Source: an uncultured Fibrobacteraceae bacterium (lineage in GTDB: Bacteria > Krumholzibacteriota > Krumholzibacteriia > LZORAL124-64-63). Taken from it: 64,000 nucleotides of DNA. The notes beneath the pieces are model-generated. The model worked only from the letters and a program-made list of their open reading frames with translations, searched no databases and was not told the origin of the DNA. Position 1 is the first letter of the stretch. Every line of letters starts with the position of its first letter. The stretch is from NCBI GenBank assembly GCA_964559455.1, contig CAZLHO010000006.1, positions 17,627-81,626 of the forward strand, given 5' to 3'. Shown here piece by piece: positions 27,687 through 37,432 of the stretch. The translations under genes and the position numbers were made by a program.

Positions 27687-28826
27687 ATGCACCAGGCGGA
27701 CGTCCTGCCGACGGCGGGGGAGAGCTGGGAACTCTGGAACCTGAGGGCGCTCTTTCCCGGCGCCGGCGTTGCGGACCTGCGGGACCTGGCCGACCGCCGG
27801 CGGCGGATCGTCGGCCTCGAGAGAAAGACCTTCGGCCGCGGCCTCGAGGCCAACCGCGGAATCGTGGCCGGGGCGGGGCTGTTCCTGGGCGCCCATCCGG
27901 AACTGCGCAGCGGCCTGATCGCGACCCTGCACCTGGGGCCCTACGCCTTGGTGCCCGCCCTCTACGCGCTGGCCGGCCTCGACCCGGTGGTCGTGGTCGA
28001 CCGCGCGGCGCTGGAGCGGCTGCGGGATCAGGCCGAGGCGCACCTGGCCGCTCTGGGCGCGTCGGGACGCCTGCAGTGGCTCTGCGTCGACGAGCCGGTA
28101 TTCGCCGGGCGGCTGCTGCGCGCGCTGCGGGGGGGCGGCGTGGCGGTGGTCTACCTGGACGGCAACGGCGGCAGCGGGGGCCCCGCGGCCACGCGCGAGC
28201 GCGGGATGCGCTACGAGCTGCCCGGGCGTGCGATCCGTCTGCAGACCGGTCTGGGGCGGCTGCTGCCCCGGGCCGGCTGCGCCGTCCACGGCCTGTTGAC
28301 GCGGTGGTCGGATGACGGAAATCTGGATTGGGAGCCCGGACCCGCCTGGCGCTGGCCGCGCGACGCCTCCGCCGACGAGATCACCACCGCGCTCTACGAT
28401 TGGGCCTTCACGGCCATCCGCCGTCATCCGGAACAATGGGCTTTCTGGGGGATGCTCGGGACGTCGAGCGAATGCTTCCGGTCGGACCGGCTCGAGGCCG
28501 GACCGGGCGGCAGGTCGCGCCGAGGGCGTTGCGCCTTCTTCTGCGACTGCCTGAGGACCTGCCCCGATGCGGTGCGCGCGACGTTGGCCGGAGAGGTCGA
28601 AGTCTGGCCCGGGGATGTCCTGGTCGATCTCGCCAACCAGCATTTCTACGCCGCGGAAGGACTGCGGGACGACGACCTCGAGGACCTGCGCTGGGGCGGC
28701 TCGCCGTCGCTGGCCGACCTGCGCCGGCGTCGCGGCGGTCGTTGGGTCGAGTTCCACCTGCTGCGACTCTACGTGCTGGATCTGGTCGCCCTGGAGATCG
28801 GCGGCCCCGGGACCGCGGGCGGGTGA
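27687..28826 (+). CDS. divergent LpxL/HtrB-like (LPLAT-superfamily) acyltransferase-fold protein
   Basis: Ordered parallels to lipid A lauroyl/myristoyl transferases: HLGPYAL for HFGNWE, VAVVYLDGNGG for ILPDQD.G, and a C-terminal IRRHPEQWAFWGML for RRYPDQWLWLHRRW. The acidic residue of the HX4D/E motif is absent. Confidence 0.4.
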   Translation: MHQADVLPTAGESWELWNLRALFPGAGVADLRDLADRRRRIVGLERKTFGRGLEANRGIVAGAGLFLGAHPELRSGLIATLHLGPYALVPALYALAGLDPVVVVDRAALERLRDQAEAHLAALGASGRLQWLCVDEPVFAGRLLRALRGGGVAVVYLDGNGGSGGPAATRERGMRYELPGRAIRLQTGLGRLLPRAGCAVHGLLTRWSDDGNLDWEPGPAWRWPRDASADEITTALYDWAFTAIRRHPEQWAFWGMLGTSSECFRSDRLEAGPGGRSRRGRCAFFCDCLRTCPDAVRATLAGEVEVWPGDVLVDLANQHFYAAEGLRDDDLEDLRWGGSPSLADLRRRRGGRWVEFHLLRLYVLDLVALEIGGPGTAGG

Positions 28827-28975
28827 GCAGAGAGCCCGCTCCGGTTCGTCGTCCCCGCCGAGATCGGCGTTTCATCCTGCACGCCCATCCCGAAGGGCCC
28901 TGGCTGCTGCAGGCGGGGGGGCGTTCCTATGCCGTGCCCTCGGCGCTGGGGCGCAGGTTGCGTCCCCTGAGGGGA

Positions 28976-29989
28976 ATGGTGCCCACCGAGGAGGCGCTGG
29001 CCTCGCTGTTGCCCGGGCGGGCGCCGCATCAGGTCAGGGCCCTGCACGCCCTGCTGGCGGGGGACGATGGCGGCCGCGGTGAGCGGGAACCGCAATCGAG
29101 GGGCGCCCTCAGGCTCCGACCGAGGGCGACCCTCGTGCCGGCCCGCGCGGTGCACCGTGCGGCGCGCCGTCTCGCGGGGTTCACCACGTGGCCCTGGCTG
29201 CTGGGGGCGTTCCTGTCCGGGGCGCTGGGCTACGCGGCGGGTCTGGTCGCGCTCCGGGGAAGCGGGCTCGACCCGCAGGGTCCGCCGGGCCTGGCCGCCG
29301 CGGCGCTGCTGGTCGTGCTGACCGCCCTGATCCATGAATTCGGCCACGCCGCCGCCCTGGCCGACGCCGGTTATCCGCCCGGGTCCGTCGGCGCGGGACT
29401 GCTGGTCCTGTTGCCGGTGCTCTACTGCGACGTCACGGCCGTGGCGCTGCTGCCGGGACGGGCCCGCCTGCGCATCGACGCCGCGGGCGCGGCGTGGCAG
29501 CTGGCCGCCGGCGGCGCGATGGCCCTGGCGGCGGCCGGGGTCGGGAGCCGGGTCTTCCCGCCTTCGGCCTGGGCCGCAGGCGCGGCCGCGATTCTGAAGA
29601 CCGCGTCCCTGGGCGTGCTGGCGGCCGCGGTCTGGAGCCTGCTGCCCCTGCCGCGATCCGATGGATGCTGGCTGGCCTGCGACGCCCTGGGGGTGCGCGA
29701 CCTGGACGCCCCGGCGCACAGGGGGCGGGGGGGGCGCGTCCAGGACCGTCGTCGTCTGGCCTGGCTGTGGGGCCTGCGCGGCCTGCACATCCTCTTCTTT
29801 TCGGCCCTCGCGGGGGCGGCCCTGGTCCAACTGCGGCGTCTGGAACCGGCGCTGGCCGGTTGTTCCCCGCTTCTGCGAGCGGCTGGTCGGGTCGGCCTGG
29901 CGGTCGTCGGCACGGTGGTCGCCGCGGTCGCCCTGCGAAGGGCCTGGCGTCTGCTGAGGGCTGCGTTGGCGGACGCCGGTCGTCTTTGA
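28976..29989 (+). CDS. integral-membrane zinc metallopeptidase (HExxH in a TM helix; M50/site-2-protease-like)
   Basis: LTALIHEFGHAAALADAG inside a hydrophobic helix. Multiple TM segments. Downstream LLPVLYCD may supply the third ligand. Start taken at ATG 28976; GTG 28934 is an alternative. The upstream extension to 28328 overlaps the previous gene in another frame. Confidence 0.5.
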   Translation: MVPTEEALASLLPGRAPHQVRALHALLAGDDGGRGEREPQSRGALRLRPRATLVPARAVHRAARRLAGFTTWPWLLGAFLSGALGYAAGLVALRGSGLDPQGPPGLAAAALLVVLTALIHEFGHAAALADAGYPPGSVGAGLLVLLPVLYCDVTAVALLPGRARLRIDAAGAAWQLAAGGAMALAAAGVGSRVFPPSAWAAGAAAILKTASLGVLAAAVWSLLPLPRSDGCWLACDALGVRDLDAPAHRGRGGRVQDRRRLAWLWGLRGLHILFFSALAGAALVQLRRLEPALAGCSPLLRAAGRVGLAVVGTVVAAVALRRAWRLLRAALADAGRL

Positions 29990-30053
29990 CGCGGACGGCG
30001 ACGGCGTGCTAGCTTCCTCGAAGGGGGGATTCATCAACTCAGGAGGGGATGTC

Positions 30054-30812
30054 GTGTTCGCCCACGCGCTCACCCGTCTGCCCGGTCCCGACTTCGCCGA
30101 CGGTTTGACCACCGCCGGCCTCGGGATCCCCGACCACGCCCTGATGCTTCGCCAGCACGCCGAGTACGTGGCCGCCTTGCGCAGGCTGGGGGTCGCCGTC
30201 GAGGTGCTGGACCCGCTGCCCGGCTATCCCGACGCCCACTTCGTGGAGGATGTGGCCGTCGTCACCTACGACTTGGCCGTGCTCACCCGCCCCGGCGCCG
30301 ACTCCCGCCGCGGCGAGGTGGCCGCGATCGAACCCTTCCTGGGCGCCCGCCGGCGGCTGGCCCGCATCGAGGAGCCCGGGCGGCTCGACGGCGGCGACGT
30401 GATGCATGTCGGCCGGAGCTACTTCGTCGGTCTCTCGGAGCGCACGAACGAGGAGGGGGCCGCCCAGCTCTGCCGGATCCTGGCCGACGAGGACTTCTCC
30501 TGCGTCATGGTGCCCGTCGGCGAGGGCCTGCACCTGAAGTCCGGGGTGAACCACGCCGCCTGGGACACCCTGCTGTTGACCGAGGACTTCATCGACCTGC
30601 CCCAGTTCCGGGACTACGACAAGATCCTGGTCCCTGCGGAGGAATCCTACGCCGCCAACACCCTGCTGCTGAACGGGACCATCCTGACGCCCGCCGGTTT
30701 CCCCCGCACGCGGGCCGAACTGCAGAAACTGGACCTGCCGGTCGTGGAGCTCGACATGAGCGAGGCGCGCAAGATGGACGGCGGCCTGACCTGCCTGTCG
30801 CTGCGCTATTGA
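30054..30812 (+). CDS. N(G),N(G)-dimethylarginine dimethylaminohydrolase (amidinotransferase superfamily)
   Basis: DDAH-like sequence with a C-terminal catalytic Cys (MDGGLTCLSLRY). Start assigned to GTG 30054, 7 nt after AGGAGG; the ATG at 30006 is an alternative. Confidence 0.65.
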   Translation: MFAHALTRLPGPDFADGLTTAGLGIPDHALMLRQHAEYVAALRRLGVAVEVLDPLPGYPDAHFVEDVAVVTYDLAVLTRPGADSRRGEVAAIEPFLGARRRLARIEEPGRLDGGDVMHVGRSYFVGLSERTNEEGAAQLCRILADEDFSCVMVPVGEGLHLKSGVNHAAWDTLLLTEDFIDLPQFRDYDKILVPAEESYAANTLLLNGTILTPAGFPRTRAELQKLDLPVVELDMSEARKMDGGLTCLSLRY

Positions 30813-30886
30813 ATCGCGGCCCGGCGACGACGACGAGGGGGCGCCCCGGCGGGGCGCCCCCTTCGTTTCGTGCGGCGGCCGCGGTC

Positions 30887-31564
30887 TCAGGCTGTGGGTT
30901 CGTCGAAGAAGTCCATCAGGTCCACCGGCATCACCACGGACGAGGCGATGTTCGACATGTGGCCGAGGATGCGCTTGTAGAAGCGCAGGCCCAGCACGAT
31001 GCAGACGGCGTCGTTGGTGCGCATGTCGCCGCGGGTGATCGCCGCGATGCCCGCCTCGGTCTGCAGCTGCAGGGTCCTGGTGCGCGAGATCACGTCCCGC
31101 GCCCGGGATTCGTCGCTGAGCACGAAGGCGTCGCGCGTGACCGAGAAGAGACCGGCCGCCGCGTCGGCGGTCTCGCCCATGTGCTCTCGGTAGAGGGCGC
31201 GGTCGATGTCTGCGGGCAGCAGCTTGTGGGCCACGTCGTAGAGGTTCTTCACGTAGTCGCCGATCCGCTCGCAGTCCTTGACGACGTTGGTGAAGATCAA
31301 GGCCGAGGCGACGTCGGTCTTGGCGCCCGTCGACAGCCGCAGCACGACGCTGCGCCGGATCTCCCTCTCCATCAGGTTGATGCGCTTGTCGCGGTCGTAG
31401 ATCGAGGCCTGGGCCTCGCTCTGGTCGGCGCCGTTGAAGATCATCAGGCTCGCATAGTCGAACATGGCGGCGGCCAGGTCCAGCATCTCGCCGATGCTGG
31501 CGGCGTTCTTGCCGCTCCAGTCGTCGCTCTTGAAGAGATCCTTCAGGGATCCGAAGACGGCCAC
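30887..31564 (-). CDS. PhoU-domain (DUF47-like) protein associated with the Na/Pi transporter
   Basis: 225-aa helical protein with two PhoU-like repeats, directly downstream of nptA as in canonical NptA-PhoU pairs. Confidence 0.55.
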   Translation of the reverse strand: MAVFGSLKDLFKSDDWSGKNAASIGEMLDLAAAMFDYASLMIFNGADQSEAQASIYDRDKRINLMEREIRRSVVLRLSTGAKTDVASALIFTNVVKDCERIGDYVKNLYDVAHKLLPADIDRALYREHMGETADAAAGLFSVTRDAFVLSDESRARDVISRTRTLQLQTEAGIAAITRGDMRTNDAVCIVLGLRFYKRILGHMSNIASSVVMPVDLMDFFDEPTA

Positions 31565-31578
31565 GTTTCCACTCCCGG

Positions 31579-32754
31579 TCAGGGGCGCTGGAGCACCCGC
31601 GAAATGACGACGAAGATCAGGGGCAGGACGAAGAATACGCCCAGCATATAGTAAAGCGCGAAGGCCTTGTTGCGCGAGGTCCGTAGGGCCAGCAGGCGGG
31701 CCAGGCGGATCGGTACCTTCCGCAGGGGCTTGAAGGGGTAGATGATGGCGATGCCGGTGAGGTTGAAGAGCAGGTGCACCAGCGCCACCGTCACCGCGGC
31801 GACGTTGCCGGTCAGCGAGGCCAGCAGGGCCGTCACGGTGGTGCCCACGTTCGCGCCCAGGGTCACGGCCAGGGCCGTCGTCAGGGGCACGATGCCGGCG
31901 CCGATCAGCGGCACCATCAGGCTGGTCGTGATCGAGCTGCTCTGGACCATCACCGTCACGACCATGCCCAGCAGCATCGCCAGCGGGCCGCTGCGGCCCA
32001 GGTACCTGTTGAAGGCGCCCTCGGCCCGCACCACGACCAGCCGGCGCATCAGCCGGGTCAGCATCGTCAGGGCGAAGAAGAGGGAGGCCAGGGAGATCAC
32101 CAGCATCAAGGTCCCGGCCAGCGCGTCCGGCAGGGGCAGCGGATCGATGAGGGCATGCTGGAAGAACTTGACCGCGGGTTTGACGGCGGCCTTGACCGGG
32201 CCGTGGAACTCCACGCCCTGGGTCCCGGTCAGGTGGGTCGACAGCCAGCTCGCCGCCCGCTCCAGGTAGTGCGTCGCCTGCTCCAGCGGGAAGAGGATGC
32301 AGATCGTCATCAGGTTGAAGAAGTCGTGCATCGTGGCGCCGGCGAAGGCGCGGCGGAACTCGGCGCGGCGGCTCATCGAGCCCATGGCGACGATCGTGTT
32401 GGTGACCGTCGTGCCCATGTTGGCCCCCATGATGATGGGGATGGCGCCGCGCACGGTCAGGGCGTCCACGGCCACCAGGCCGACCACGATCGAGGTCGTG
32501 CCCGACGAGCTCTGGATCAGCGATGTGGCCAGCAGGCCGATCATCAGGCCGACGACCGGGCTGGCGGTGGTCGTGATCAGGGCCTCGCTGAAACCGGCGC
32601 CGAAGGCCTTGAAGGCCGCGCCCATCAGGGAGATCGCGAAGAGGAAGAGGTAGAGCAGCGCCAGCAGGGCGGTCGTGCGCAACACCGAGCGCAGGACGGA
32701 GCCCTGGACCGGGCTGTATGACCCGGAGGCGGGGTTGGCCGGGCTGAGTGGCAT
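31579..32754 (-). CDS. nptA: Na+/phosphate cotransporter family protein
   Basis: Start ATG 32754 (MPLSPANP...). Two inverted repeats with QSSS motifs (IQSSSGTTSI; VQSSSITTSL) typical of NaPi-II. ~392 aa. Confidence 0.8.
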   Translation of the reverse strand: MPLSPANPASGSYSPVQGSVLRSVLRTTALLALLYLFLFAISLMGAAFKAFGAGFSEALITTTASPVVGLMIGLLATSLIQSSSGTTSIVVGLVAVDALTVRGAIPIIMGANMGTTVTNTIVAMGSMSRRAEFRRAFAGATMHDFFNLMTICILFPLEQATHYLERAASWLSTHLTGTQGVEFHGPVKAAVKPAVKFFQHALIDPLPLPDALAGTLMLVISLASLFFALTMLTRLMRRLVVVRAEGAFNRYLGRSGPLAMLLGMVVTVMVQSSSITTSLMVPLIGAGIVPLTTALAVTLGANVGTTVTALLASLTGNVAAVTVALVHLLFNLTGIAIIYPFKPLRKVPIRLARLLALRTSRNKAFALYYMLGVFFVLPLIFVVISRVLQRP

Positions 32755-32920
32755 GGCGATCCGGGCTCGAGGACGGTGAGTGGCGGACGCGACTCCGCCG
32801 TGACGACCGGAAGCTACCGTTCCGGACGGGCCGGGTAAAGGTGATTTTGCGCCGCGCCGTGATGATGGGCTATAGTGGCCTTCCGACGGTGTCGAGAAGC
32901 TCTTCCGGGAGGAGGCCGGC

Positions 32921-34153
32921 GTGATCGCTCTGGACGAAGCCCTGCGGCGGCTGGACGAGGCCTGCGCCCCGCGCCTCGCGCCGGCGGAGCCCGCGTCGAC
33001 CCGCGAGGCGGCCGGCCGGGTGCTGGCCGCCGACGCCGTGTCGCGTCTGGACATCCCCCCCTTCGACCGCGTGACGATGGACGGCTACGCCATCCCGCCG
33101 GCGCCGGAGGGCCGTCTCTACGAGGTCGCCGGCGAGGTCCGGGCGGGACAGGCGGCCTCGGCGCCGCTGCGGCCGGGCGCCGCCCTCAAGGTCATGACCG
33201 GCTGCGTCGCCCCGCCCGGGACCGGGCGCGTGGTGATGGTCGAGAAGGCCCGCGAGCGGGACGGCCTGGTCGAGATCCTGGATGGGGGCGGGCCGCGCAA
33301 CGTGGCCGCCCGGGGCGAGGACGTCCGCGTCGGGCAGGTCGTCGTTCCCGCCGGCGCCCGGCTGACGCCCCGCGACATCGCCGGCCTGCTGGCCTGCGGC
33401 GTGGCCGAGGTCTCGGCCCGCGCCGTCCCGCGCGTGACCGTGATGGCCACCGGCGACGAGCTGGTCGCCGGCGACCGGGATCTGCCTCCGGGCGCGATCT
33501 ACGACGCCAACACCCCCCTGCTGGCGGGGCTCCTGGCGGCCCACGGCTATGCGGCCCGGACCGAGCCGCCCGTGCCCGACGATCCGGCCGCGACCCGGGA
33601 TGCCCTGGCCGCCGCCCTCGCCGTCTCCGACCTGGTCGTGCTGACCGGCGGAGTTTCGATGGGCGACCACGATCACGTGCCCGGCGCCATGAAGGAACTG
33701 GGCCTGGAGATCGTCTTCGACCGGGTCGCGGTCAAGCCCGGCAAGCCGGCGACCCTGGCCGCGGGGCCGGCGGGCCTGGTGCTGGGGCTGCCCGGCAACC
33801 CCGTGTCGGCTTTCGTGGGCTGCCATCTCTACGTGCTGCCCGCCCTCTCCCGGCTCCAGGGCCGGCGCCTGAGCCCCCGCTTCCTGGAGCTGCGCCTGGC
33901 CGAGGCCTTCGGCGGCGGTCCCGAGCGCCGCCTGCGCCTGCTGCCGGCCCGCCTCGACGCCGAGGCCCGCGTCGTTCCCCTGGCCTTCCACAGCTCGGGA
34001 CATCTGCACTCGCTGCTGGCTGCCGAGGGGCTGGTCCGGATCGATCCCGGCGTCTCGGGGCTGCGCGCCGGCGACCGGATCGACTTCTGGCCCCTGACGC
34101 CGCGGGCCTATCTGTCCCACGCCGGCGACGCCGGGACGGAGGTTGCGCCATGA
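32921..34153 (+). CDS. moeA: molybdopterin molybdotransferase
   Basis: MoeA domain architecture: GGVSMGDHDH motif region and a C-terminal MoeA domain. 410 aa. Confidence 0.85.
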   Translation: MIALDEALRRLDEACAPRLAPAEPASTREAAGRVLAADAVSRLDIPPFDRVTMDGYAIPPAPEGRLYEVAGEVRAGQAASAPLRPGAALKVMTGCVAPPGTGRVVMVEKARERDGLVEILDGGGPRNVAARGEDVRVGQVVVPAGARLTPRDIAGLLACGVAEVSARAVPRVTVMATGDELVAGDRDLPPGAIYDANTPLLAGLLAAHGYAARTEPPVPDDPAATRDALAAALAVSDLVVLTGGVSMGDHDHVPGAMKELGLEIVFDRVAVKPGKPATLAAGPAGLVLGLPGNPVSAFVGCHLYVLPALSRLQGRRLSPRFLELRLAEAFGGGPERRLRLLPARLDAEARVVPLAFHSSGHLHSLLAAEGLVRIDPGVSGLRAGDRIDFWPLTPRAYLSHAGDAGTEVAP

Positions 34154-34668
34154 AGCAGGCCAACGACCGGGCGATCAGGGCCGTGGTGATCACGGTCAGC
34201 GACCGGGCCAGCGCCGGCGCCTACGCCGACGAGAGCGGCCCCGCCGCCGAGGCCGCCCTGCGCGACGCGCCGGCCTTCGCGGACCGTCCCCTCGAGGTGG
34301 GCCGGCGCCTGGTGCCCGACGAGCGGGAGCGGATCGCCGCCGCGCTGCGCGACGCCCTGGATGAAGGGGCGGATCTCGTCGTCACGACCGGGGGCACGGG
34401 CCTGGCGCTCCGGGACGTCACGCCCGAGGCCACGCTCGACGTCGTGGACCGTGAGATCCCCGGCCTGATGGAGATGGTGCGTCGCGAGAGCGCGCGCCTG
34501 GTCCCGACCGCGCCCCTGAGCCGGGCGGTGGCCGGACAGCGGGGGCGGTCCCTGGTCGTCAATCTGCCCGGCAGCCCCCGGGCGGTGCGCGAGTGCCTGG
34601 GGCTGATCCTTCCCCTGTTGCCTCACGCCCTGGCCATGGCCCGGGGTGGCGGGCACACGGACAGTTGA
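34150..34668 (+). CDS. mogA: molybdenum cofactor biosynthesis protein MogA/MoaB
   Basis: Start ATG 34150 (ATGA overlap with moeA). VITVSDRAS and GGTGLALRDVTPEA motifs. Confidence 0.8.
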   Translation: MKQANDRAIRAVVITVSDRASAGAYADESGPAAEAALRDAPAFADRPLEVGRRLVPDERERIAAALRDALDEGADLVVTTGGTGLALRDVTPEATLDVVDREIPGLMEMVRRESARLVPTAPLSRAVAGQRGRSLVVNLPGSPRAVRECLGLILPLLPHALAMARGGGHTDS

Positions 34669-34742
34669 TTTATGCTGCCCACCTGGAGGGAGGCCGTCCT
34701 CGCGGTCGTCCGTGATCCCGTTTCATCGACCGAGGAGAGATC

Positions 34743-35132
34743 ATGACCCGCAAGACAATGATGCTGTGCGCGCTGCTGGCCCTGGGCGCGGTCGCGGTCC
34801 TGGCGACCGGCTGCGGCGAGAAGGCCGAGGCCGAGATGACCGTCTGCGAGGGCTGCAGCGCCGAGTACGCCAAGGCCGACACGAAGATCGTCGGCGGCAA
34901 GGCTCTGTGCCCGGCCTGCGCCGAGAAGATGGCCGCGCAGCCCGCCGAGGAGATGCTGGTCTGTACGGCCTGCGGCATGAAGATGGCCGCGTCCGAGATG
35001 ACGATGGTCGACGGCAAGCCCTACTGCTCGCATTGCGAGGCTCCGGCCGCCGCCGTCGATGCGGCCAAGGACGCCGCCGCAGCGACCAAGGACGCCGCCG
35101 AGAAGGTGGGCGAGGCGGCTGCGGGTCACTAG
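34743..35132 (+). CDS. small lipoprotein with duplicated CxxC...CxxC zinc-ribbon-like modules
   Basis: Lipobox LATGC. Two ~30-aa repeats (TVCEGCS...ALCPACAEKMA and LVCTACG...PYCSHCEA). GAGGAGAG RBS. Confidence 0.5.
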   Translation: MTRKTMMLCALLALGAVAVLATGCGEKAEAEMTVCEGCSAEYAKADTKIVGGKALCPACAEKMAAQPAEEMLVCTACGMKMAASEMTMVDGKPYCSHCEAPAAAVDAAKDAAAATKDAAEKVGEAAAGH

Positions 35133-35311
35133 GCCGTCGCCATATCCGCAGCGGATCGAGGGGGCGCCCGGCGCGCCCCCTTTCCATTTTCCGCTCTTCA
35201 CTGCATATTATGGAGCGATGTTCCGGCCGCGCCGCCGTGCTAGAATCACGGGAAGCCGGCGCCGCCGCCAACGCCCATCCGCTTCAAGCCAATCGAGGAG
35301 GCCGGACCGAC

Positions 35312-35869
35312 ATGGCCATCCTGAAGATCGCCCGTCTCGGGCACCCCGTCCTTCGCCGCGTCGCCGACCCGATCGACCCCGAGAAGATCCGCTCTCCGGA
35401 GATCCAGGGTCTGATCCGCGACATGCTCGAGTCGATGATCGAGCACAACGGCGTCGGGCTGGCGGCTCCCCAGGTGCATGCCTCCCTGCAGCTGGCCCTG
35501 GTCGGCGGTGACGAGGACGACGAGGGGCGGCCCAAGCTGCGGGTGGTCATCAACCCCGAGATCACCCCGCTCACCGACCGCCGCTTCGGCATGTACGAGG
35601 GCTGCCTCAGCTTGCCGGGAATGCGCGGCTGGGTCGAACGTCCCGCCACCGTGCGGGCGAAGTATCTGGACGAGAAGGGCGAGCCGGTCGACGTCGAGCT
35701 CGACGGCTTTCCCGCCGTGGTCATGCAGCACGAATGCGATCACCTGCGCGGCGTGCTCTACGTGGACCGCATCGAGGACATGACGAAGTTCGCCTACGAG
35801 GAGGAGGCCGGACGCTTCCTGCCCGTGGACGAGTTCGACGACGGCCTGGACGACGACAGCGAGGAGTGA
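35312..35869 (+). CDS. def: peptide deformylase
   Basis: The three PDF motifs: GVGLAAPQV, EGCLSLPG, QHECDHL. GAGGAG RBS. Confidence 0.9.
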   Translation: MAILKIARLGHPVLRRVADPIDPEKIRSPEIQGLIRDMLESMIEHNGVGLAAPQVHASLQLALVGGDEDDEGRPKLRVVINPEITPLTDRRFGMYEGCLSLPGMRGWVERPATVRAKYLDEKGEPVDVELDGFPAVVMQHECDHLRGVLYVDRIEDMTKFAYEEEAGRFLPVDEFDDGLDDDSEE

Positions 35870-35877
35870 CCACGCCC

Positions 35878-36258
35878 ATGAAGGACGCCTATCTGCACAA
35901 GACCGTCGACGCCTTCAACCAGCGCCGCTACGACGAGGCCGCCCTGCTCGCGCAGAAGGGCCTGGACGCCGCCGTGGGCCGGGACGAGCTGTTCTGGCTG
36001 GGCCTCCTCGAGACCTGCCTGGGCTTCGGCATGATCATGCGCAACAACCTGCCCGCCGCCGAGGAGAAGCTGGTGGCGGCCATCGAGAAGTTGCGTAACT
36101 TTGGCTTCCGCTACGAGGAACTGGAAGTGACCAGCGTCCTGGCGGGCCTGCGCGGCGGCGTGGCCGAGATCCGGTCGGTGCGCGGCGCCCGCAAGCGGGT
36201 CTTCGACGTCAGCCTGCTGCCCACCATGCGCCTGGCCGGGGCCGAGGGCAATCGCTGA
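35878..36258 (+). CDS. hypothetical helical protein
   Basis: 126-aa ORF with ATG 8 nt after the def stop. No recognisable motif. Confidence 0.35.
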   Translation: MKDAYLHKTVDAFNQRRYDEAALLAQKGLDAAVGRDELFWLGLLETCLGFGMIMRNNLPAAEEKLVAAIEKLRNFGFRYEELEVTSVLAGLRGGVAEIRSVRGARKRVFDVSLLPTMRLAGAEGNR

Positions 36259-36343
36259 CCCCTGGCTCAGCCTTGCGATTCGGGACCCGGCCGGCCGCCA
36301 TGCCCGCCGGGTCTCTTTCTTTCCGCCGGAGGACGACGTCTCG

Positions 36344-37429
36344 ATGATTCCCCACGACCACCCCCTGCGCGCCGCGGCCGACAAGGTGCTGGCGGGCGAG
36401 CGCCTGGACGAGGCCGACGGTCTGGCCCTGGCCGCCTCGGACGATCTGCCCCTGCTGGGCTGGCTGGCCCACGTCGCCCGGACGCGCCGGCACGGCGACA
36501 AGGTCTTCTACAACGTCAACCGCCACCTGAACCCGACGAACGTCTGCTGCGTGGGCTGCGAGCTCTGCGCCTACGCCGACGACCCCAACGCCGAGGGCAC
36601 CTGGTCCTACACGCCCGCCGAATGCGTCGAGATCGCCCGCCGCGACTGGACTCCCGACGTCACCGAATTCCACGTCGTCGGCGGCCTGCATCCGCGCTGG
36701 CCTTTCGCGACCTACGTCGAGATCCTGAGCTCCCTGCGCGCCGCCTTCCCTGCGGTGCACCTGAAGGCCTTCACCATGGTCGAGATCGACTTCCTGGCCA
36801 AGATCGCCAAGAAGAGCGTCCCCGAGACCCTGGGGATCCTGCGCGAGGCCGGCCTGGACAGCTGCCCCGGCGGCGGCGCCGAGATCTTCCACCCCGAGGT
36901 GCGCGACCGCATCGCCTCGCGCAAGATGTCGGCGGAACGCTGGCTCGAGGTGGCCGGAGTCTGCCACCGCGAGGGCCTGAAGACGAATTGCACGATGCTC
37001 TTCGGCCACATCGAGGAGCCGCGGCACTGGGTCGACCACCTGCTGCGGCTGCGCGCGCAGCAGGACGCGACCGGCGGCTTCCAGTGCTTCATCCCCCTGG
37101 CCTTCCATCCCGCGAACACGAAGTTCGCCGACCTGCCGGGGCCGTCGCTGGGCATGAAGCTGAAGGTGGTCGCCCTGTCGCGTCTGCTGCTGGACAACGT
37201 GCCGCACGTGAAGGCCTACTGGGTGATGCTGGGCCGCGAGGCGGCCCAGGTGGCGCTGCGCTTCGGGGCCGACGACCTGGACGGCACCGTGGTCGACGAG
37301 CGGGTGACTTTGGCCGCCGGCGGGGCGGCGGGCAAGGGCATGACCGTACCCGCCATCGAGGCCTTCATCCGCGGCGCCGGTCTGACGCCGGTACGCCGGG
37401 ACACGGTTTACAACGAACTGCCGGCCTGA
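36344..37429 (+). CDS. futalosine-pathway radical SAM enzyme (MqnC/MqnE family)
   Basis: Radical-SAM cluster motif CVGCELCAY after NVNRHLNPTN. ~360 aa with a C-terminal region typical of cyclic dehypoxanthinyl futalosine synthase / aminofutalosine synthase. Confidence 0.75.
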   Translation: MIPHDHPLRAAADKVLAGERLDEADGLALAASDDLPLLGWLAHVARTRRHGDKVFYNVNRHLNPTNVCCVGCELCAYADDPNAEGTWSYTPAECVEIARRDWTPDVTEFHVVGGLHPRWPFATYVEILSSLRAAFPAVHLKAFTMVEIDFLAKIAKKSVPETLGILREAGLDSCPGGGAEIFHPEVRDRIASRKMSAERWLEVAGVCHREGLKTNCTMLFGHIEEPRHWVDHLLRLRAQQDATGGFQCFIPLAFHPANTKFADLPGPSLGMKLKVVALSRLLLDNVPHVKAYWVMLGREAAQVALRFGADDLDGTVVDERVTLAAGGAAGKGMTVPAIEAFIRGAGLTPVRRDTVYNELPA

Positions 37430-37432
37430 GCC

